Positions 49,408 through 64,000 of a DNA stretch of 64,000 nt are shown here, piece by piece. How positions within the stretch are numbered: position 1 is the first letter of the stretch; each line of letters starts with the position of its first letter. The position numbers were made by a program, and so were the translations under genes. The stretch spans positions 8,928,001 to 8,992,000 of the forward strand of contig OZ024751.1 in assembly GCA_964016885.1 (NCBI GenBank), read 5' to 3'. The notes beneath the pieces were generated by a model. It did no database searches, was not told the DNA's origin, and was given only the letters and a program-made list of their open reading frames with translations. Source of the stretch: Eledone cirrhosa (taxonomy: Eukaryota).

Positions 49408-51235
49408 TTAAAATGACAGGAGGCTGGACTAGTGTAATTCCTTAAAGGTTTGTTATGCTATAAACATTTCAATGACGGGGTTCAGTATGAAATCGGTGAC
49501 ATTATCAGGTATTCGAAATCTAACAAAGGAATATAATCCATGGGGCTGAAAAGGCAGAGACAAGAAGGCGGCCACACATTTAGCAGTTTCTATTCAGGTC
49601 GGCCGCCTTCAAGTGACGTCTACAAATTGTTCCTATGCCTTTCTGGTGAAGGGGCGTAAGCTTATAGTTTACTACTACTAGCCAGTCACGGACAGAGGCT
49701 AGCGGTGGGATCAGGTTTCATTGAAGTTGGTCAGAAGTCCTAAAAAGTGCCAAGAAATATATTTCTTCAAAAAACATATATATTTAACAAAACTATATAT
49801 AGTGGGTGCCTGTACAGTATATTTTTCATTGTAGGGTAAGAAATTACGATTAACGATTAGAAATGTAAAATTTATGTTTAGAATTAAAAGATGTCATTTA
49901 AGATGAGATTAGAAAAGTAAGATTTAGATTTAAAGTTGGGAGATTTAGTAAAAGAATTTACAGAATTTATGAAATGGCTAAGTGTATTATTGATAGTCTC
50001 GATAAAGTTTCAGGGTAGAATATAAAGTTAAGACTAAGCTCATGTGTGGATGTCAGTAACCAGCGACGTTGTGGACAACCAGCCTACCCGGGGCCCAATG
50101 GCGTGTCAACCCTTCCGAGTATTTTCGTCTACCGAAAGAAAGGGAAATATATTTTTCCGAGCACTCCATGGATGTTAAGTGTCTCAAGCGCCGGGATGCT
50201 GGTGAGACGCCCGCCACCGTCGGCTGATCATCGTGTATACCAAACGATTCTTAGTTATTCACACTGGTGGGGGATTTAGTTAACGGGCTAGTAGAAGGAG
50301 GCATGATAAAATTTAAAAGTTATGATTAAGCCTATAATTTAAAAGTACTGTTTGGTGCTCAATAACCGGTGGCACGGCGGATTCCAAGCCCTCTCGGGGC
50401 CCAAGGGTGTAACAGCCATTCCGAGTATTTTCGTATACCGAAAGAAGGGGAAACTTATTTTTCCAATCACTCTAGGAAGGCTGATCGACTCGAGCGCCTG
50501 GCGTGCAATCGGGAAAGCCGCCACATCAGTTGGATCATCGCGTGTACCAAACGATTATTAGTTATTCACACCCGTGATGTGAAGTTTAAAAGTGGCAAAA
50601 TCTGATGAAATGGGTATTTAGTCCCCTGTTAGCCCGGGTTATATGTATGATTCCTGAGTGGGTAAGGGGAGTGCTTAAAGATAAACAGATATAAAGGGTA
50701 CATAGATTAATATTCTAGGGTCGTGTGCTAGTTTTAGATAACAGATGAGTACAAGGATAAGTATATAAGGAGAGTAAAGCGAATACAAACATAAATAAAA
50801 ACATAAATAAAATGCAGTCATACCCAGGGTGGTAATTGTGGGAGTAAAAATGGAAGTAAATAAAAACATCGAAGAAATCAAAATACAGAAGAAATAAAAT
50901 GCAAATCACGGTGTAGCAAATAATCAATAGATAACTTTGTTGGAGAATACATGATTATAAATATAGATATTGAGGATGGAAGAGTTGGAGTGGTATCAGG
51001 TGATTCTTAGTGTAGGTTCTGTCATTGAAATGTTCATAGTATAATAAACCTTTAAGGAATTACACCAGTTCAGCCTCCTGTTATTTTATAATAATTAACT
51101 CTGTACTCGCGCCACCAACAACACAAACGATGACGGGTGAGTTGCATTACGTCGAGTGCTCTCTCTAATATTACATCGATGTTGACCATACGGAATGACC
51201 AGCTCTATCCAGTGGTGAACCAACAGACCTAAATG
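49408..51235 (-). mobile_element. Non-coding PLE 3' region (family X): pLTR/HHR at 49455-49512, long UTR, inverted pLTR at about 51020-51235
   Basis: Minus strand atac-CTGATAA-..-GAAA-tgttta-TA-gcat; pyrimidine-rich UTR on the minus strand; opposed pLTR copy at the 5' end. Confidence 0.55.
50055..50571 (-). ncRNA. Tandem pair of ~210-nt multibranch structured RNA motifs (50055-50264, 50361-50571)
   Basis: Conserved ggaaaaata..tttcc, ttctttcggta.acgaaaatactcggaa, ttgggcccc; stems retained through compensatory changes; G-U pairs favour the minus strand. Confidence 0.6.
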
Positions 51236-51246
51236 AGTATATTAAT

Positions 51247-51679
51247 ATACTAGCAGCAGTATCCAACGTTGCTTGGGTAGGTAAAATAATATCTGCTTTG
51301 ATGAAAAGGTGTTGATCTTAGCGACTGCTTCTCGAAGACTCATCTATGGCCACACACAGACCATGCGGGGGAGGGTGGTGATGACCTCTTTCACTGAAAA
51401 ACACAGGTGATTGACGAAGGGGCATGCTAGAGGAGGGAGTTTTGAATTTGAACGAAACCGGTGGCAAAATGTGGGATCTACAGCCGAAAATCTTATTTTT
51501 CGATACCTAGAAAAAGGTGACCCCGCTATCGATTTTTATCCGCAGAATGACCCTGGAATAAAAAAAAAAAAACGATACGCTGATATATAGAAAACGCTCC
51601 CCGATGACTAATCTATGGGCCTGTAAAGTAGTTTCGTGAAAATCGGTCGTAAGATGTAGGCCCCTATAGGTAATACACG

Positions 51680-51732
<53 letters not shown>

Positions 51733-51752
51733 TTAATTTTATATATATACAC
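51247..51752 (+). mobile_element. Helentron-associated (DINE-1/HINE-like) non-autonomous element
   Basis: tactagcag..ccaacgttgcttgg 5' end; tttcgtgaaaatcggt..(CA)n..ttttatatatata 3' end. Confidence 0.55.
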
Positions 51753-51771
51753 ATATATATATATATATATG

Positions 51772-51809
<38 letters not shown>

Positions 51810-51817
51810 CACCCACA

Positions 51818-51877
<60 letters not shown>

Positions 51878-51884
51878 TATACAC

Positions 51885-52120
51885 TGAGGATGAAAAACTC
51901 AGAGCTGTATGGGAGCATCCCAAAAGTCAGCTCAAAAGTGACACAGAGGAGACTGAGGTTAGCTGGACATGCTCACCGACATCGAAGAGTTGACATTGCA
52001 CTCAGTGCTCTTTTCGGAGACCCTACATGGCCACACTAGAAGAGGAAGACCAAGGTTAACGTATGTTGATGCCCTAAGGCCATACACTGATCTGTTGGAG
52101 AGGCAGGACATGGCCGCGAT
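51885..52120 (+). mobile_element. 3' fragment of an RTE-type LINE
   Basis: [44 protein letters not shown]. Confidence 0.7.
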
Positions 52121-52169
52121 GAATAGAATAAAATAGAATATATACACATGTATATATATATATATATAT

Positions 52170-52679
52170 AAGAGAGTGTTGAAGTTTGCTTGAAACATTG
52201 TAGAATAATAAAATTGATCGTTTTGGAAGTCTCAACCGTGCATATTGGTAAATCTCAGGTTAACAGAATCAGGTGGTAATGAGAGAGATGTAAGAGGAAA
52301 TGTAGGATGAGACGTATATGGTGTAGAGGAACGTAGGAGAAGAGTGTAAAAATAATAACGCGAGATAGAGTTACCTTAGAAGTGAGTAGTTCAGTTGTAC
52401 ACACACAATAGACAACGGAGGCCAGGTGTTGTCTCTTACCGACTAACATTTTTCCCCCTCGTAAAACCCCCAGTTGATGGGTGCGAGATCAGAAATATAG
52501 GGACAATTGAATCTCTTCCAAGGATACTCTATCTCGTGTTATAATTTTTACAATCTTTCGTACGTTCCTCTACACCATTGACGACTCATTCTACATTTTC
52601 TCTTACATCTCTCTCATTACCACCTGATTCTGTTACCCGGTGATTTAGCATCTGCATTGTTGAGGCTTCCAAAACGATC

Positions 52680-52682
<3 letters not shown>
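52170..52682. mobile_element. Inverted pair of pLTR-like family Y with atypical HHR-like motif (52466-52504)
   Basis: About 52215-52382 is reverse-complementary to 52516-52682; homologous to 23301-23600; (TA)n flanks. Confidence 0.65.
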
Positions 52683-52743
<61 letters not shown>

Positions 52744-52829
52744 GTTTTATATATATGTATTAATTTTATAGAATATTTTAGTATCGTGAGCGAGTAGAGG
52801 TTTAAAGGGATAAGCGATACATATAGTTA

Positions 52830-55508
52830 GTTGCCAAAATATGATGCATTTGTGCTCAATACTTGTGTCTACAGGGTTAAATATCGGAAGCGTTAATATT
52901 TAGTGGGCGAGAATATAAGCAGAGCGGTTACAAATGAAAGGATTACAAATGAGAATACAGACCGTTAGAACATGTTTATACAAAAGCACCTACATACGTT
53001 TCGCCCGAAAAGGGCTTCTCAAGGGCATACACATCTAGAGAGTGTTCAATACAGAACCCAGAAGGGGTTTTAAGATGATAATCACATCGAAGTTCATGCT
53101 TGATTCAAACAGACATGGTTGTTTGTATCACAGAGCTAGGTGAGTAACTCAAACCGGTGTTTGAATAAATGTCCCTGAATAGCTTATTATCTGTTCACAC
53201 GATTATTGTTTTCCACTACTATTTTATGGGTGCCACTTTACTTCTGTTTAGTCAGGCCAGATCTAAGAGGCATAGTTGGTGTACAGATGTTTAGTTATGC
53301 AACCTGCCCCCCGGTGCGTTATGGTTTGGTGTAGGGGGGCCCAGTTTATGGTGTTCAGGTCTCAACGTGGGTCCAATCATAGATTGACTGCTGTATTCTG
53401 TGTCTGCAGTTTATCACAGATTCTGCTCTGCTGTTGATGAGCTCTAGGCGTGCTCTTACTATATGGTAAAGTTCCATCAGACAGAGCTGACACTTCCTCT
53501 TGAAGTTGAACGGTGTGGCCTGCTGACAATTTCCCCGTATGGGGAGAAGCTGATGCTGGAGTCTTTCAATATTGTGATGTAGTTGGCGAGTGATGTGGAG
53601 TACCTTAGCTTCTTGTTTCTAAAAGAGTGGAGATGCGTTCGAAATCTAGATTTGAACGAGCCAGAGGTGGCCCCTATATAATATTTGATGCTATTATGGC
53701 TAGTTACAGTGCACCTATAAATAACATTGTCTGTCAGGCACCTTCCCCTGAGCGGACAGCTTCCCTGGTCTCGACAGTTGCAGTGTCGGCCGCGGTCGCT
53801 GCCGCTGCAGTGGCTCCTAGTGCCCGAAGTAAGACTATTACTATCACTACCTATCTTATTATCTACACCACCCTCGCTATCTCCGTAGTTAGTACTATTA
53901 TATCCTAGGGCGCGCGGGGTAGTACAATTATTACTCGGCGCGCCACGGCGCCTTCTGTTGCTACCTCGCGACCCGTACAGGTCACCAGCATATTCCCCTG
54001 TCTCACCGCCGTTATGGCGGGAGCTGCCACCAATACTGTGGTGCTGCTAGGGAAACGTTAAGGCTATTAGGGTTGTTTTCAGGTCTAGACCTATCGCTGC
54101 CATGGTGCCATTTTTTGGTGAGTTTACTGTAATTAGTTATCCCTATGACGTCTGCTAAGTAAGGAGGAGTGGAGAAGGATATTTTAATATTATTCTTATT
54201 GAGGATGTTCCTGTACTTATGGTTGGGTGGGAAGTTCTTCTCTAGGCTTCGAAGAATATCCTAGGTAAGTTAGAGGCCACACTCCAAGAGTGGGGAGGAT
54301 GGAACCATAGGACATTACGTTGGCGGTTTCGCGCCGCCGTGGGCTTATTACAGGTCATGTTGGTTAGGTAACCGTTCTTATTGTTGCTACTGTGCTGCAC
54401 CCTACTGCGCATCCTCTTCGCTTTATGCTCGGGTGCACTCGCCTTCCTTGTGTTACGTTTACGTGTAGCTAACCGCCTTTTGGAGGGTGTAGGTAATAGT
54501 CCAGCGCTATTGTTAATCCTATAGGCAGGGAATAATTCTAGTAGGTAACAGCAGCTACCGTTGCCCATATCATGACCCATATTATGCGGTAGGCCTTCAA
54601 CAACTCCACACACGTAGTTAACGCTACAGCCGTGTTTCTTAGTGCGATTCTCTATACTATAATTGTTGACTCTATCATGACCGCTGCGTATTTGGTTATA
54701 GGTATGGCTTACTATAACATTAGTCCTATGATGGGGGTGGTTTCTAGAGTCTGCGATATGGAGGTAGAAGATTCTTCGGTTATATCCGGCATCCACCAAG
54801 GCTTTATTGTAGTAGTCAGCCGCTTGGTTGAAGATATCCTCGTTGGCAGAAAGCCTCGAGATCCTATGGGATATGCTATATACTATGGAGTTGAGATTAG
54901 ACTTAGGGTGGTTGGATGCATAATTAATATATGATAGAATCTCGCCGGGATTATGGCATGGCTTGTACAGGCCCGTACCCAACTCCAGGGTCACGTCTAG
55001 GAAGTTGACTATCTGGTGGTTGAGGTCTATAGTTACGGAGAGGCCGTATGATTTGAAGAACCTGTGTATGTGCTTGTTAAGGTTATCTATCCTGCGGGGC
55101 CTATGGTTCCTAACGGTAAATAGGGTGTCGTCTCTATATACACCTATATGTAGGACCGGGATCTCGTCCCTAAGTCTATGGAGGAGGTATATTCCAAACA
55201 GGTCGGTCGCTTGCGCCGAGTCACTAGACCCCACAATGATATCGAAGTTATCAGGACTGTTGGTTCCGGTCCAATGGGAACCCTCGAACTGGATAATAGT
55301 TCTGCGCGCTGCTAGTACTATATATATATATCTTTTTAGTGAGGTTGGTGTTAGATCCAGCTAAAATAAGGGCCTTGTTTAAGAGTATGGTGGAGATAGA
55401 GGCATAGTAGATGTCTATGTCAAACTGGATGAACTTTTGAGCTGTCTTATCGGGCAACTCGGTGAACCAATTAATGACCTTGTTGGTGTTATTCCAGAGA
55501 TTATGTGG
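52830..55508 (-). mobile_element. 5'-truncated Naiad-type PLE: RT, GIY-YIG and 3' HHR
   Basis: FIQFDIDIYYASIS, MGSSDSAQ, GVYRDDTL, VNFLDVTL, RNVLWFHPP; HCNCRDQGSCPLRGRCLTDNVIY..LYIG..FKSRFRTHLHSF; CQLCLME..INSRAE..CRH. Confidence 0.92.
52986..53026 (-). ncRNA. Minimal type I hammerhead ribozyme with U3-A8 core variant
   Basis: gccc-TTGAGAA-gccc ttttc gggc-GAAA-cgtatg-TA-ggtgc, downstream of the Naiad ORF on the same strand. Confidence 0.65.
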
Positions 55509-55516
55509 TTAATAAG

Positions 55517-55729
55517 CATTTTGAAAGCCATAGCTGTGAATAACACTGGCAGCCAACGCCACCAAGCGGTGTCCTAATTTTAATCCGGCAGTTGCAAGAG
55601 CAGGAAGGATCGTCCGGACGAGAACCAGTTGTGTTCGAAATGCATCGACAATTGTCCACCTTGCTTCTGCCGAACACTGCTTGTGGCGTTGGCTGCTAGA
55701 GTTATTCATATTTTTAGCTTTCTAAATGC
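55517..55729. repeat. ~210-bp fold-back element (MITE or long RNA hairpin)
   Basis: tgaataacactggcagccaacgccaccaagcggtgt / acactgcttgtggcgttggctgctagagttattca plus inner cggcag/ctgccg and gcaag/cttgc. Confidence 0.75.
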
Positions 55730-55774
55730 CGTTTTTCTTTAGAAATACAAAATTCTAATATATATATAGAAGTA

Positions 55775-56790
55775 AATTCCTTGTTCTATCTTCCAAAACC
55801 CATTAACTTGCAGACCCCTGCAAGTGGATTTTGTCGATTTCGGATTTACAGAAACCTAGCGGAGATATTATATATTATATGTGATGTATATTATATGGTA
55901 TATATCATGTGTTGTGTATGATGTCGACGCGACGGTCCAGGTTAGTCAAATGTTATCCTGAGTTCAGTTTTTTTCGTCGCTATGGTCACTGCGGCTCATC
56001 TATCGGTCGCTGTCTTCAATTTTCAAAGCTGTCTAAACGTAATGTTATAACTCTAGGGTAATATACCCTATTGAGTGCTTAGTTGCACACCGAGATTGGT
56101 ATTCGTTAGCCTGGCTGCAACCAGAGCTTCGATGATGCTGTACAAAATTTTGTATTATTATCTCCTAGAATTAACGATTAATTGATTAATTTAATTAGAC
56201 AATTGTATTGATTGAGTAATTGTTTATTTTTGTTTGATAACTTCTAGTTGAGTGCTTAATTCGGTTTGTGTAAAGGAATTTTATTCCTTTGCTCCAAATT
56301 TGAATTGACCGCCAAAACCGGGGTTTCCCCCTTCGGGAAAACCATGTGCTTTCTAGCAGTGCTCACTGCTAGCACTCACACCCGGGCGGACGAGAACGAA
56401 AAACTTGTTGACAAAGTAAATTCCTTTTTCTATCTTCCAAAAACCATTAACTTGCAGACCCCTGCGAGTGGATTTTGTCGATTTCAGATTTACAGAAACC
56501 TAGCAGAGATATTATATATTATATGTGATGTATATTATATGGTATATATCATATGTTGTGTATGATGTCGACGCGACGGTCCAGGTTAGTCAAATTGTAT
56601 CCTAATTTCAGTTTTTGTCGTCGCTATGGTCACTGCGGCCCATCTTCTCTGTCGTTGTCTTCAATTTGCAAAGCTGCTTAAACGCAATTTTATAACTCTT
56701 GTTATACCCTATCGAGTGCTTAGCTGAACACCGAGATTGCATTCGTTAGCTTGGCTGCAACCAGAGCTTCGATAATGATGTAGTAAATTT
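55775..56790 (+). repeat. Partial tandem duplication of a ~640-bp repeat unit
   Basis: About 55771-56150 repeats at 56414-56790; homologous to 32497-33090. Confidence 0.85.
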
Positions 56791-56978
56791 GGTATATATA
56801 TATATATATATATATGCTAATTATGGTTATTAAATAATTTTCTCTATTTTTGGAGGTGGCACCTACATGTGTATTGTATGCTAAAGCAGAGCAGACGACG
56901 TTTCATTTAATCTTGTCGTGTTAAACGTTATATAGTAATAATAGATATGAAGACCAAATCCGAAGAAACTTGATATGG

Positions 56979-60150
<3,172 letters not shown>

Positions 60151-60284
60151 TATCTTGACTCTGTATTCCGTTTATCTTTCACCGAAAGTGATTTTTCATT
60201 GCATCTCTTCTTTCCATGATATCCGGATTACATTGAGTTCTTCATACGGATTGGACACTACCGTAAACTCTTGGTAGATTTATC

Positions 60285-60374
<90 letters not shown>

Positions 60375-61115
60375 CCTTACCAAGCCCTTCATATACTGTA
60401 TATATATATACGTCGGTTAGACGTATTTTGTTATTTGTGTCTTTACATGAAAATATGTCTATTTCCATTCATCATTGTATACGGACATAGGAACAGCTAG
60501 AATAATTGTTGCGAAAATAATTAGTTTTCACTTGTTTAGGTTATGGAATACTTTAACCAATTGAACTGTGATCTTGTAGAGTGAATATTTGCAGAGGCTT
60601 TTTATATTTAATTGTTAAGTTAAGTTTATTTCTGATATTCTTATGTTTTCAGTACATCATATTTACTGTTCTACGTCATGTTAGAGTAGGTCAAATGATG
60701 GACAAAATAACGACAATAGATTCTAGATTGTTCTCCCTACATGATCCGCTAATTAGGAATGTCACAATTATACACAGACACGATAGAATTATAAAGAAAA
60801 CGCGTACATTCTTCTGAAAACAAACTCTACGGGATTGTGGGGGAATTTTTAATTGGAGCCCAAAGCTAATGATTTTTCGAGTAATTATATCACTGAATTT
60901 AACGAACGGCTTTTCAAAAAGACACAATAACATTTTGCTACTTAGCAGTTAACGATGTAAATCTTGGTGGAGTCATTGCTGCGTGGTGAAAACATTTGAT
61001 TTAGACCGACGTTGATTCACGTTTGATTCCACTGAGCTACATATGTGCAACCGTATTGCAATATAGCCGAGGGACGATTTACGTTTTTTAGTTAGTCACC
61101 GCTCAACCATAATAT

Positions 61116-61742
61116 TCACTGATGATGGATAGTCCTGGCTTCTTACTCTAATTTTAATTCATATGTATCACATCCGCAACAACGCAGCACGCCATTTTTC
61201 ACCCCTATATTTTTCCCTTTCGCTATGACCAGTCTTTCTCTTCCCTTACTGCAATCCTCTTTCTCTCTGCCCCTTCTCTCTCATTGTACCTCTTACTTTC
61301 ATTCACCCCCTCTGCTAGTCACCCTCTCTCGGCTAGCCTCTACTTTCACTCACTCACTCTCTGCTACTCACCCCCTCTCCCCCCGTCTGACCCGTGTGAA
61401 ATACTTTTCTCGCTCATATTTCGCATGGCTTGGATGCGTCTTTCGTTGTCTCGTCAATTCGCTAGATCTTATGTTTACTTGTATCACTGACTTGATTTCT
61501 CATTTTTCATTCTTTACGTTGCCTAACCATTCTTGTTTGTTTACATGTCTCTCTTTATCCACCCAATTCTTTTTATCCCAATATCTTCATTTAGTTATTG
61601 CTCGCGCTGGCCTGAAGTATCTGATCTTTAATGCGAAGAAATACCTATGATGGCCAGAAGATCACTGATGATGGATAGTCCTGGCTTCTTACTCTAATTT
61701 TAATTCATATGTATCACATCCGCAACAACGCAGCACGCTATT

Positions 61743-61745
<3 letters not shown>
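61116..61745 (+). mobile_element. Second retrozyme-like family Z unit (546-bp period) with an identical ~77-bp terminal direct repeat
   Basis: CTGATGA at 61119 and 61665; GAAA-tacc-TA-tgat..atca-CTGATGA at 61638-61671; followed by (TA)n. Confidence 0.6.
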
Positions 61746-63953
<2,208 letters not shown>

Positions 63954-64000
63954 CAATAATCTAAGTTCAGTTTAAATCATTTATTTGCTTACAATTGTTT

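Noticed and set aside
50339-50524. 61-aa ORF in the tandem repeat
   Set aside because: The paralogous copy has stops and a frameshift; substitutions preserve base pairing rather than the reading frame

Overview
AT-rich eukaryotic repeat-dominated window with no host protein-coding gene that I can support. The repeat complement suggests a cephalopod (octopus-like) genome; this is inference. Most ORFs in the track are translations of (TA)n/(TG)n/(TATG)n microsatellites. Real content: (i) decayed non-LTR retrotransposons of the RTE, Tx1/L1 and R4/Dong clades, two with internal inversions; (ii) several Penelope-like element (PLE) fragments of Naiad type (RT YRDD, CNC-x5-C plus GIY-YIG) and Neptune type, sitting in (TA)n tracts; (iii) about 10 copies of a tRNA-derived SINE and a few MITE/Helentron-type elements; (iv) several near-identical inverted duplications. 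The main signal not shown by the ORF track is at RNA level. I read about 20 hammerhead-ribozyme (HHR) motifs or remnants from at least 10 sequence families. They include a ~310-bp non-coding HHR element found twice as a head-to-head fold-back dimer, a ~550-bp retrozyme-like unit bounded by permuted (type II-like) HHR motifs, and HHRs with variant cores (U3-A8, CCGAUGA, CAGUUGA). A tandem pair of ~210-nt covarying multibranch RNA structures lies in a putative PLE 3' UTR. All structures were paired by eye and need computational and biochemical confirmation.
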